A stretch of 47,232 bases of DNA from Chthonomonadaceae bacterium (GCA_035650735.1 DASRGZ010000082.1:1-47232); one strand, 5' to 3'. Positions 1 to 8,031 are shown, numbered from the stretch's first letter. Notes: generated from the sequence alone by a model not told the origin. A program made the numbers and translations.

Positions 1-187
1 TTCTTCGGTTCTGCCTTCTCTCCCCTCCTCCCCGGCCCTTCTCCCTGCAAGGCAGAAGGGAGAGCAGAAGCCGGATCATCCGCTTCCCCCTCTCCCGCAG
101 CGTGGGAGAGGGGCGGGGGGTGAGGGCGACCCTACACCCTACACCCTATCCCCTACACCCTACACACGGGGCCGGGGGTGAGGGCCG
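1..187. repeat. Modular palindromic intergenic repeat (REP/MITE-like) with CCCTACA heptamer array at 130-164
   Basis: 1-135 is the exact reverse complement of 47069-47203. Contains CCCCTCTCCC..GGGAGAGGGG hairpin modules also seen at ~8640, 35330-35660, 40405 and 42090-42390. Confidence 0.85.
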
Positions 188-553
188 CTAGGCCGCCCGC
201 AGTCGCAGGAACCAGGGATGACGGCGAATTTCCGCCGTCTCGGTAAATTGCACCCCGTACTCAAAGAGCGCCTGTTCTGCTCCCTCGATCAGTTGCTGGC
301 GCATGATCCGCGCGCGTATCGGAGGCAGTTCGCTGTCGTTCGGGGCATACAACAGTACGTAGCTCCCACACGGAAGGCATACCTCCGCGCGAAACCGCAG
401 GCCCCTGCGGCTGATATCCTGAAGGATGCCCATGTGCTTGCCGCACTCGGAATGCTCAATTCCAATCGGTTGCGCTTTGGCCGGCAGGCGCAGCGCCGAC
501 CGGCGATCATCGGGGGCGATAACCGGCTCGAACGATGTGTCCACGCGCGTCAT
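188..553 (-). CDS. Single-domain PilZ protein (predicted c-di-GMP receptor)
   Basis: RxxxR motif (DRRSALR), D-x-S-x-x-G motif (DISRRG) and C-terminal YGVQF strand. Start placed at ATG 553 after AGAGAGGAA; the ORF extends to ATG 604. Confidence 0.85.
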   Translation of the reverse strand: MTRVDTSFEPVIAPDDRRSALRLPAKAQPIGIEHSECGKHMGILQDISRRGLRFRAEVCLPCGSYVLLYAPNDSELPPIRARIMRQQLIEGAEQALFEYGVQFTETAEIRRHPWFLRLRAA

Positions 554-923
554 TTCCTCTCTTCTGAACGGAAGGATCCTTGTAATAGGCTTCACCTTCC
601 GCATTATCGGCAGCCTGCCCGGCAGGATTAGGGGAGGGCTGCCCAGCCATCCTACCGGTTTGCAGGGGCCGAGCGGGTGTTCCGTGCCCGGCTTTGGCCT
701 CTTATTTCCCGCTTCTTATGACTACTGACCACTGAGCACGGACGTTCTGCGCTCGACTCTGGCCCTTTCTTCTCCGCTGCCTCTGCCGGCAGCCCGTATG
801 GGTTCCTCCGAGTTGTCCCGCTCTCCAGCGCTAACATCGCTCTTCTTTCCGGCTGCGGCTGGAGACCCGCATGACCTCTGCCGCAGTTCTAGCACTTCCT
901 ACAGCCAGCTTTCTCTTCCCGAA

Positions 924-932
924 TGGCATAAT
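924..932 (+). promoter_or_regulatory. Putative extended -10 promoter element for the riboswitch leader
   Basis: TGgCATAAT about 20 nt upstream of riboswitch 1; no clear -35. Confidence 0.4.
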
Positions 933-952
933 CCCTCTTGGTGGGCTAACTC

Positions 953-1046
953 CGCCCCCGACAAGGGCAAACCTGCCGTAAGGCAGGGACGCAAAGCCGA
1001 CGGGTCTCCGCTGATAAGCCGAGACGGCCGGGCCGCCGAACGGGCG
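953..1046 (+). ncRNA. c-di-GMP-I (GEMM) riboswitch, copy 1
   Basis: GGCAAA-CCTGCC-GTAA-GGCAGG-GACGCAAAGCC...GGCCGCCGAA. GNRA-capped P2; P1 formed by CGCCC/GGGCG. Confidence 0.92.
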
Positions 1047-1056
1047 ATCACCACAG

Positions 1057-1096
1057 AGATAGATACATTCTGGTTGGATGCCTCTATCTATATTTT
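1057..1096 (+). terminator. Possible weak intrinsic terminator between the tandem riboswitches
   Basis: AGATAGA-ta-CATTC-tggtt-GGATG-cc-TCTATCT hairpin followed by ATATTTT. Confidence 0.35.
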
Positions 1097-1189
1097 CCGC
1101 GTCGGGCAGGAGCCACCTCAGGGATAGTCTCCTATTCTCCAGCGCAAGCCAGAGGATAGGAGGCTGCCCGCACCACCAGCAGTTCCTTC

Positions 1190-1294
1190 GCAATCGAAAA
1201 CGGCAAACCTGGCGAAAGCCAGGGACGCAAAGCCACGGACCTACCCTGGCTTGCCTGTAGGGCAAGCAGTATGGCCGCCGGGCTGCCGAATTGC
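1190..1294 (+). ncRNA. c-di-GMP-I (GEMM) riboswitch, copy 2
   Basis: GGCAAA-CCTGGC-GAAA-GCCAGG-GACGCAAAGCC...GGCTGCCGAA; P1 GCAAT/ATTGC. Ends ~10 nt before the SD AAGGAG (1304-1309). Confidence 0.93.
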
Positions 1295-1316
1295 AGGATT
1301 ACGAAGGAGAGAAGAT

Positions 1317-3074
1317 ATGGTTGCTTTCAGTAAAAAATGCTGCTTGCAGCCCAAAAAGGTCCGGTTGGGTCTCCGCCAACGCGCAGGCCGGCGCCTCTCA
1401 GGACTCCTGATGGCCGCGCTGGCCGGCTGCCTGCTCACAGGCAGCCAATGGCCTGTCCGAGCGAAGGATGCTATCAGTGCAAAATGCGATGGCTTTCTTC
1501 AGGAGAAGCTCGCTAATCGGAAGCCCAGCGATTGGGTCTCCGCCATTGTCCGTGTCAATGGAACAGGGCAGGCCGCCCTGGAACAAGAGCTTAAATCGCT
1601 GGGCGGAAGCGTCTATTGTCGCCTGCCGTTGATTAACTCCGTCGCCGTGCGCGTACCGATCAACCGCCTGGCGCATCTGACCAACATGGCCTTCGTGGAC
1701 CATCTGTCCGAAGATACGCAGGTAACGAAACGCGACGAATTCACCGTTGGCTCCAGCGGGGCCGATGTGGCTTTCCAGCAGTACGGCCTGACCGGCTCCG
1801 GCGTGAGCGTGGCCGTGCTGGATACGGGCGTCAAAGACGCCACCGATCTCGATGACGCCAGCGGCAACAGCCGCATCGCCGCCAACGTCAGCTTCGTGCC
1901 CAGCACGACCTCGGCCGATGACGGCAACGGGCATGGCACCCATGTGGCCGGCATTATCGCCGGTAACGGCGCCGCCTCCACCGGCAGCGCCTTTTACCGA
2001 ACGTTCTACGGTATCGCCCGGCAAACCCGGATCGTCAACGTCCGGGTGCTGGATGCCAACGGCCAGGGCGACGTCAGCTCGGTCATCGCCGGCATTCAGT
2101 GGGTTGTGGATAACAGGGCAAGGTACAACATCCGGGTGATCAACCTGTCGCTGGGCCATCCTGTGGGCGAAAGCTATACGACGGACCCACTCTGCCAGGC
2201 CGTCGAGCAAGCCTGGAAGGCCGGTATCGTCGTCGTCTGCGCTGCCGGCAACGAAGGCCGACTCAACGACACGGCCACCCAGGGAGCGGACAACGAGGGC
2301 TACGGCACGGCCTACGGCTCGATCAACTCACCGGGCAACGACCCCTATGTGATCACCGTCGGGGCCATGAAGTCGGTGGATGGGATTCGCGCTAACGATA
2401 CCATCGCTACCTACTCCAGCCGGGGGCCCTCCCTGGTCGACTTTGTGCTCAAGCCCGATATTGTGGCGCCCGGCAATAAGGTCGTCTCGCTTGAAGCGCC
2501 TAGCAGCACACTGGTCAACGCCTACCCGGCCAACTGCCTGAAGTGGGCGGATTATAAAGTCCGAGGCAATACCAGCTACTCGTCCAAGTACTTCGTCCTG
2601 TCGGGCACCTCGATGGCGACGCCGGTCGTCTCGGGAGCCGCCGCCCTGCTGTTGCAGAAGGATCCGACGCTTTCTCCGGACACGGTGAAGGCCCGCCTGA
2701 TGGTTTCCGCCGATAAGTGGAGCTTCCCAGACGGCACCTATGATGCCTGCACCTTTGGCGCCGGTTACCTGAATATTCCGGCGGCCCTCAACTGCACGGT
2801 CACGGCCACGCAGTCGGCCCTGAGTCCGTCCCTCTACCAGGATGCGCAGGGCAACGTGCTGATCGACAATGCGATCTGGGGCAATAACGCCATCTGGGGA
2901 TCCGGCATTACCGACCTGCGCGCTATCTGGGGAAGTAATGCGATCTGGGGCAAAGACATGCTCTCTTCCAGCAATGCGATCTGGGGAAAGAGCGTCTGGA
3001 CCGACCGGGCCATCTGGGGAAGCAGCACCAGTCAAATAGACGGGTTAGCCGTAACCGTTCAAGGGGATAACTGA
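1317..3074 (+). CDS. Secreted S8 (subtilisin-like) serine peptidase with propeptide and C-terminal AIWG repeats (paralog 1)
   Basis: Catalytic motifs VAVLDTG, HGTHVAG and GTSMATP; oxyanion AAGN; signal peptide ending PVRA; six AIWG repeats. ATG 1317 lies 7 nt after AAGGAG; the listed 1251 start falls inside the riboswitch. Confidence 0.93.
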   Translation: MVAFSKKCCLQPKKVRLGLRQRAGRRLSGLLMAALAGCLLTGSQWPVRAKDAISAKCDGFLQEKLANRKPSDWVSAIVRVNGTGQAALEQELKSLGGSVYCRLPLINSVAVRVPINRLAHLTNMAFVDHLSEDTQVTKRDEFTVGSSGADVAFQQYGLTGSGVSVAVLDTGVKDATDLDDASGNSRIAANVSFVPSTTSADDGNGHGTHVAGIIAGNGAASTGSAFYRTFYGIARQTRIVNVRVLDANGQGDVSSVIAGIQWVVDNRARYNIRVINLSLGHPVGESYTTDPLCQAVEQAWKAGIVVVCAAGNEGRLNDTATQGADNEGYGTAYGSINSPGNDPYVITVGAMKSVDGIRANDTIATYSSRGPSLVDFVLKPDIVAPGNKVVSLEAPSSTLVNAYPANCLKWADYKVRGNTSYSSKYFVLSGTSMATPVVSGAAALLLQKDPTLSPDTVKARLMVSADKWSFPDGTYDACTFGAGYLNIPAALNCTVTATQSALSPSLYQDAQGNVLIDNAIWGNNAIWGSGITDLRAIWGSNAIWGKDMLSSSNAIWGKSVWTDRAIWGSSTSQIDGLAVTVQGDN

Positions 3075-3075
3075 G

Positions 3076-3098
3076 AGGGGCCGCTTCGAGCCCCCCTT
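3076..3098 (+). terminator. GC hairpin after protease 1
   Basis: GGGGC-cgcttcga-GCCCC stem-loop directly after the stop codon; poor U-tract. Confidence 0.3.
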
Positions 3099-3182
3099 AA
3101 GCATCGCCTTTGGCACGGTTCTCCACGCAGAAGACCTTTACTAAGCGTAGAGCGAACACATTTCACGCGACGATTTACGGAT

Positions 3183-3276
3183 GCTCCCGAAACGGCAAAC
3201 TGTCCGAAAGGGCGGGACGCAAAGCTAGAGGGCCTTCCCTCCGCTAAGGAGGATGGCAGCCTGGCCACCGAAGAGC
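3183..3276 (+). ncRNA. c-di-GMP-I (GEMM) riboswitch, copy 3
   Basis: GGCAAA-CTGTCC-GAAA-GGGCGG-GACGCAAAGCT...GGCCACCGAA; P1 GCTC/GAGC. Ends 27 nt upstream of ATG 3304. Confidence 0.9.
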
Positions 3277-3303
3277 TTCTTGAGATACTGAGAGCATCCA
3301 ACC

Positions 3304-5073
3304 ATGACGACACAAACTCGCGGCAAAAAGAATACGAAAGTTTTCAAGCAGTTCTCGCTGCTATCCACCCTGAGTCTGATGGGCCTGTTGCTGACCGGCG
3401 TGCGTCTGCCGGCCCGCGCAGATGCCTTCGCAGATAAGAGCGACAAGTTCCTCAAAAACAAGCTGGCTACGCTGCCGGCTGCCAATTATGTCTCTGCCAT
3501 CGTTCAGGTGAAGGGCGACTTCACCGATACGTATAACACCCAGTTCCAACTGATCGGCGCCTCGGTCTACCAGCGCCTGCCGCTTGTCCATGCGGTGGCG
3601 TTACGGGTGCCGGTCAGCGCCCTGAAGCTCCTGGCCAGCCTGTCGTTTGTCACCCGTGTCTCGGAAGATGTCCCGGTACAGAAACATGACGAGTTTACCG
3701 TCGCTTCCAGTGGCGCCGATACGGCTTTCCAGCAGTACGGCCTGAACGGTACCGGCGTTACCGTCGCAGTCGTGGATAGCGGCATTCGCTCGCATCCCGA
3801 CCTGAACACTTCCACGAGCGGAGGCTCGCGCGTTCTGGCCAGCACCAGCTTTGTCAACGATGGCTACGGTGCCGACGACCCCTGCGGCCACGGCACCCAT
3901 GTCGCCGGCATCGTCGCGGGCAACGGCCAGGCTTCTTCTGGAGGGAACTGCTACCGCACGTTCTATGGCATCGCCCGCAACACCAATCTCGTCAATGTTC
4001 GGGTGCTGGATGCTAACGGCCAGGCCAGCGTCAGCACGGTCATCTCCGGCATCCAGTGGGTGATTAACAACAAGGCCACATACAACATCCGGGTGATGAA
4101 CCTGTCGCTGGGCCATCCTGTGGGCGAGAGCTATACCACCGACCCGCTCTGTCAGGCCGTGGAGAGCGCCTGGAAAGCCGGCATTGTCGTCGTCTGCGCC
4201 GCCGGCAACAATGGCCGGCTCAACGCCTCGGCCACCCAGGGATCGGATAACGAGGGCTATGGCACCAACTACGGCTCCATCGTCTCGCCGGGCAACGACC
4301 CCTATGTGATCACCGTGGGGGCTATGAAATCGGTAGATGGCGTGCGCGCCCATGATACGATCTCGACCTACTCTGGACGCGGGCCTACGCTGGGCGACAT
4401 TGTTCTTAAGCCGGATATCGTGGCGCCGGGCAACAAAATCATCTCGATGCGCTGCCCGAACACCTATGTGGATGTCACTTACGCCAACACGAACCTGATC
4501 CCGTTGAACTACTATAAGACGGTGGCCTCGACCTCCGACTCGCCGCAGTACTTCCGGCTCTCGGGCACTTCGATGGCCGCTCCGGTCGTCTCCGGCGCCG
4601 CCGCTCTGATGCTGCAGAAGGATCCGACGCTTTCCCCGGACACGGTGAAGGCCCGCCTGATGGTCTCCGCCGATAAGTGGGGCTTTTCCAACGGGCTTTA
4701 CGATCCCTGCACCTTCGGGGCCGGATACCTCAACATCCCGGCGGCCCTCAACTGCACCGTCACGGCTACGCAGCCGGCGTTGAGCCCGACCCTGGTCTCC
4801 GATGGCGCGGGCAATATCTGCCTCAATAACGTAATCTGGGGCACCAACGTCATCTGGGGAACCGGCATCAACAATCTCAATGTTATCTGGGGCACCAATG
4901 TTATCTGGGGTACCAATATCATCTGGGGAACCAACGTGATCTGGGGCACCAATGTCATTTGGGGCACGAACGTTATCTGGGGAACCAACGTGATCTGGGG
5001 CACCAATATCATCTGGGGCACAGGCGGCAATGGCACTGATCTGTCCATGGCCAGCATCTTCGGAGACGACTGA
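3304..5073 (+). CDS. Secreted S8 serine peptidase with C-terminal (TNVIWG)n repeats (paralog 2)
   Basis: VAVVDSG, HGTHVAG and GTSMAAP motifs; signal peptide ending PARA; ten IWG repeats; colinear with paralog 1. Confidence 0.95.
   Translation: MTTQTRGKKNTKVFKQFSLLSTLSLMGLLLTGVRLPARADAFADKSDKFLKNKLATLPAANYVSAIVQVKGDFTDTYNTQFQLIGASVYQRLPLVHAVALRVPVSALKLLASLSFVTRVSEDVPVQKHDEFTVASSGADTAFQQYGLNGTGVTVAVVDSGIRSHPDLNTSTSGGSRVLASTSFVNDGYGADDPCGHGTHVAGIVAGNGQASSGGNCYRTFYGIARNTNLVNVRVLDANGQASVSTVISGIQWVINNKATYNIRVMNLSLGHPVGESYTTDPLCQAVESAWKAGIVVVCAAGNNGRLNASATQGSDNEGYGTNYGSIVSPGNDPYVITVGAMKSVDGVRAHDTISTYSGRGPTLGDIVLKPDIVAPGNKIISMRCPNTYVDVTYANTNLIPLNYYKTVASTSDSPQYFRLSGTSMAAPVVSGAAALMLQKDPTLSPDTVKARLMVSADKWGFSNGLYDPCTFGAGYLNIPAALNCTVTATQPALSPTLVSDGAGNICLNNVIWGTNVIWGTGINNLNVIWGTNVIWGTNIIWGTNVIWGTNVIWGTNVIWGTNVIWGTNIIWGTGGNGTDLSMASIFGDD
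4828..5019 (+). repeat. 18-bp coding tandem repeat encoding TN(V/I)IWG
   Basis: Ten IWG units. Codons vary synonymously (GTA/GTC/GTT/GTG; GGC/GGA/GGT) while the amino acids are conserved. Confidence 0.95.
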
Positions 5074-5131
5074 TCGGATGTGAGGATGCCGCGCGGAACA
5101 GCACGCGCGGGATGCTGAGACGGAAACTAAT

Positions 5132-5161
5132 CAGGGCGTGGGGCAATTGCCCCACGCCCTG
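5132..5161. terminator. Perfect 13-bp stem hairpin between convergent protease 2 and tRNA; likely terminator
   Basis: CAGGGCGTGGGGC-aatt-GCCCCACGCCCTG followed by TTCCTTT. Confidence 0.7.
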
Positions 5162-5269
5162 TTCCTTTGGGATTGTGTCCAGAAAAGCGTGCGAACTCGG
5201 CCTGCGCCGTGATAACGAGGCAAATGCCGCATCACCTTCTGGATGCAATCTTCTTTGGTGCTGGATGTC

Positions 5270-5340
5270 CTGGGGGACGTGGATTCGAACCACGGTTAAC
5301 GGCTCCAAAGACCGCTGTCCTGCCACTGGACGATCCCCCA
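5270..5340 (-). tRNA. tRNA-Gln (anticodon TTG), CCA not encoded
   Basis: Minus strand reads TGGGGGA-TC-GTCC-AGTGGCA-GGAC-A-GCGGT-CTTTGGA-GCCGT-TAAC-CGTGG-TTCGAAT-CCACG-TCCCCCA-G: a full cloverleaf with the T1-A72 pair typical of Gln. Confidence 0.96.
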
Positions 5341-5369
5341 CCGTTGGTCCCCGCGTTGTCGTCAGGGAC

Positions 5370-5399
5370 AGTATACTCTGCCCCTCCTGCCCCTGTCAA
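5370..5399 (-). promoter_or_regulatory. Sigma70-type promoter of tRNA-Gln
   Basis: Minus strand TTGACA-N18-TATACT, 29 nt upstream of the tRNA. Confidence 0.75.
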
Positions 5400-5734
5400 G
5401 CCGAGCGGAAAACCCCGGCCTATCCCCTCTGCGATGCCCTTCCAGGCCAGGACTGCTTCTTCGGCAGGCTTGTCCCCAGACAAAAAAAGAGACCGCAGAG
5501 GCCCTCGTTCGCTCTGCGGTCCCATAGTGTGGAAAGGAAGCACCACCGCAGTGAATCCTCACTTACAGCAGAACCTCACAATATCGTTATACGATATTTT
5601 GGCCGATTTTGGGGCTCGTCAGGCTACGGGATTTCCTACCCCTACCGAAAACTCCAGGGCCAATCACCAGGAAATCCCTATTCAGGCGTTAACGCAGGGT
5701 CCTTCCGTTTTCCCTGCGGCTCTCACCCTAGAAG

Positions 5735-5772
5735 ACCTCACCCCCGGCCCTTCTCCCTCTAAGGGTGAAGGG
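5735..5772. repeat. Short copy of the palindromic repeat family
   Basis: ACCTCACCCCCGGCCCTTCTCCCT-cta-AGGGTGAAGGG, the same module as 30-60. Confidence 0.6.
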
Positions 5773-5807
5773 AGACGAAAAGCCGAAGTTAAAGAGAGGA
5801 TAACGGC

Positions 5808-7022
5808 TCAGCGGACGACTTTGGGGGCCTTTGAGCGGCGCTGGCTTTTCAGGCTCTTAATGATCTCGCGCAGGTCGTCCCGGCGCGCGACGGCGCGCGG
5901 GTACTTATTCGGATCGAAGGGCTGGTAGAGAAGCGCGCCGGCAGGAATCGCGAAGGCAAACTCCTGCGGGCCGAAGGCCGGATGCGCCACGATGAGGTTA
6001 TCGTAGGTGATGCGCGTCTTGACCGGCAGGATGGAATCCGAGAGAGTATCGCTATCGTCGGCGGCAGGCAGACCGCCCGGCCCTGGCAGTTTGGGCGTGG
6101 GCGGCTCGGCGGGCAGGGGGGCGTCGTCCAGCAGTTCATCCAGCGGGTCGCCGATTTTGCCGGGTGTGTTGTAGGTCAGGATCGGCGTGGTTTCAGTGAC
6201 GAGGCGGCGCAGCAGGAGGTCCTGTTTGCCGATATAGAGACGGGTTTCCGTGACCGAGCCCGGCGCGGCGATCCGCAGCGCTACTACCTCGGTCGGCACG
6301 CCGCGCACCTCTTCCTCGCCCTCGTAGCGGGCGCTGTCCACCTTGCTTTGCAGATCGGCAAAGGGGTTCAGGCCCAGGATCATGAGCAGTTCCAGGCTGC
6401 CGCTGTTGAGATTGGGCAGCCGCAGAAAGTCGCGCAGCTGCCCCGGCGCCTTCTCCTTCGTGTAGGCGTTTTTCTCCTCGCTATACGTCCAGAACGTCTT
6501 GCCGTCGCTCACCCATTGCGTGATCATTGGCTTGCGGGTTGTCGGGTCCACCTGGCGCAGCTCCAGCAGCAGACGGTTGGGCCTCTGGACAAGCAGGCGC
6601 AGGCGCCGTGGGTCTTCCTGAGTTTTGGTCGCCGGGAGCGCAGCCGCCGTCCCTTTTGCCTCGGACGCGGCGTTTCCCCCTGTCGGGGCGGCGGGCGGCG
6701 CCTTCCCCCCCGGCGGAGGCGGCGGCGTAACCGGCGTGATGGAAGAGGTGAAGACCGTCTCCTGGCTGAGCGCGGGCAGATGGGCATAGGTGTCCGCCAT
6801 CTGCTGTAGCAATTGCAGTGCGCGCGGCTCAAAGTCGGGGCGCGTGCCGGACGGCGCTCCTTGTTCCTCCGCCGAGGCCGCCCACGCGCCCTGCCCCATC
6901 AGCCCAACGGCGATCCAGAGGGCGAGAAGGCCTTTTGAGAACGCCTTCGCTGGCCTGCGCGTATTTTGCGACAGCGCGCCTGCCAAGCGGCGCTGCGCGG
7001 CAATGACATGCCTGGCTATCAT
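5808..7022 (-). CDS. Exported LolA-like / DUF2092-like protein with Pro-rich inserts
   Basis: Signal-like hydrophobic stretch ending AWA; QRPNRL..., VSDGKTFWTY..KNAY and C-terminal FAFAIPAGA motifs of LolA-fold proteins. Start moved to ATG 7022 (GAGG SD) to avoid overlapping the upstream gene. Confidence 0.7.
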   Translation of the reverse strand: MIARHVIAAQRRLAGALSQNTRRPAKAFSKGLLALWIAVGLMGQGAWAASAEEQGAPSGTRPDFEPRALQLLQQMADTYAHLPALSQETVFTSSITPVTPPPPPGGKAPPAAPTGGNAASEAKGTAAALPATKTQEDPRRLRLLVQRPNRLLLELRQVDPTTRKPMITQWVSDGKTFWTYSEEKNAYTKEKAPGQLRDFLRLPNLNSGSLELLMILGLNPFADLQSKVDSARYEGEEEVRGVPTEVVALRIAAPGSVTETRLYIGKQDLLLRRLVTETTPILTYNTPGKIGDPLDELLDDAPLPAEPPTPKLPGPGGLPAADDSDTLSDSILPVKTRITYDNLIVAHPAFGPQEFAFAIPAGALLYQPFDPNKYPRAVARRDDLREIIKSLKSQRRSKAPKVVR

Positions 7023-7086
7023 TCTGAAGTTCCTCGGCAATGGAAAGCGGGATGCGGGCGGGGCAGGCAAGCGGGCCGGGGCGAGA

Positions 7087-7941
7087 TCACTTCGCCTGCG
7101 GCGCGGCACCTGTCTCCCTGGCATCGGCGGGCGGCGTGAAGGCAAAATCGGCGTCCGTCAGGCGCGGATTCGCCTCCACCTGGGTATATTCGACCTCGAC
7201 CGTTGCCTTCTCCTCCGCCTCTAAAAACGGGCTAACCGTGCCGGGATCGGGAAGAATGCGCAGCGTAAAGCCGCGCAGCAGGTTACTTTCGGGATCGAGA
7301 CGGTAGCGCAGCGTGCGCCGTGCGCCCTCCTGCTGCGCCTCTACCTGCAATACGTTCACGGCCTCCTGCGCCTGCTGCTCGAACCCGGCTGTATAGTGGA
7401 CGGGGGCGGTCTTCTCCAGAGCCGCAAACGGATCGGCGTCCCGCAGCAACAGGTCGAACTCCGGGCCGCGCAGCGAGCCCGCCAGGATCAGCTTGTCCAG
7501 CTTCACGGGCGCTTTGATCCGCTGGAACGTATGACGCGCGCTGTTGTAGAAGGTCAGCGTCTTGCCGTCGCAGGCCCAGGTCAGATGCCAGCGGCCCGGC
7601 TGCGCTATCTGCGGATAGTCCACCTGAAGATAAAGACGGTTCGGCTTCTGGAAACGAAATTCGATTTCGATGACGGAAGCCTGATCGGGCGCGGATTTCC
7701 ATTGGCGCTGTATGACGTGGGCCCGATAGGAGCGCAAACTGCGGTACGCCCGCACCATCTTCTCGCGCAGCGCCATCGCCGCCGGTTCCCGAGCAATAGC
7801 CGAAGGGCTGCCCGGCGTGCCGGGCGACGCCTGCGCACCGCTAGGAGAGACGGCCCAGGCCAGCCAACAGCCCGCCAGCAGCAGCCACATAGCACGAAGG
7901 CGTAGGGGTAAGACAGGGCGGTGAGAAACGAGCAGTGCCAT
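7087..7941 (-). CDS. Exported LolA-like / DUF2092-like protein
   Basis: Signal peptide; FQKPNRL, CDGKTLTFYN and terminal DADFAFTPPADA motifs. Confidence 0.75.
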   Translation of the reverse strand: MALLVSHRPVLPLRLRAMWLLLAGCWLAWAVSPSGAQASPGTPGSPSAIAREPAAMALREKMVRAYRSLRSYRAHVIQRQWKSAPDQASVIEIEFRFQKPNRLYLQVDYPQIAQPGRWHLTWACDGKTLTFYNSARHTFQRIKAPVKLDKLILAGSLRGPEFDLLLRDADPFAALEKTAPVHYTAGFEQQAQEAVNVLQVEAQQEGARRTLRYRLDPESNLLRGFTLRILPDPGTVSPFLEAEEKATVEVEYTQVEANPRLTDADFAFTPPADARETGAAPQAK

Positions 7942-8031
7942 GCGGGAATATCTCCCTCGTATCCACCGGAGGCTCCGGCTTCCGCGTTAGGCGCAAGCCT
8001 GCGTCTTAGGGCGTAGATAGTTGACCCAGCC

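Noticed and set aside
1..135. Terminal inverted repeats of a linear replicon or giant transposon
   Set aside because: The sequence belongs to a dispersed repeat family with internal copies, the cargo is core chromosomal (mutS, der, radA, tRNA), and no transposase or terminal protein is present.
605..840. A fourth cyclic-dinucleotide riboswitch (c-di-GMP-II or ydaO-like) on the minus strand before PilZ
   Set aside because: Only fragments are present (GGGCAC..TGCAAACCGG; CGGAGGAACC); I could not build the required stems or pseudoknot.
1419..1430. Lipoprotein lipobox (LAGC) in protease 1
   Set aside because: The hydrophobic stretch continues to PVRA, which aligns with the PARA signal peptidase I site of paralog 2. 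Lipidation is not excluded but not supported.
4828..5019. CRISPR or DNA-level VNTR
   Set aside because: The 18-bp units are in frame, spacerless and synonymously diverged, so this is a protein repeat.
5112..5928. ORFs 5112-5762 and 5167-5928
   Set aside because: They overlap the tRNA, its promoter and a repeat, and show no protein-like features.
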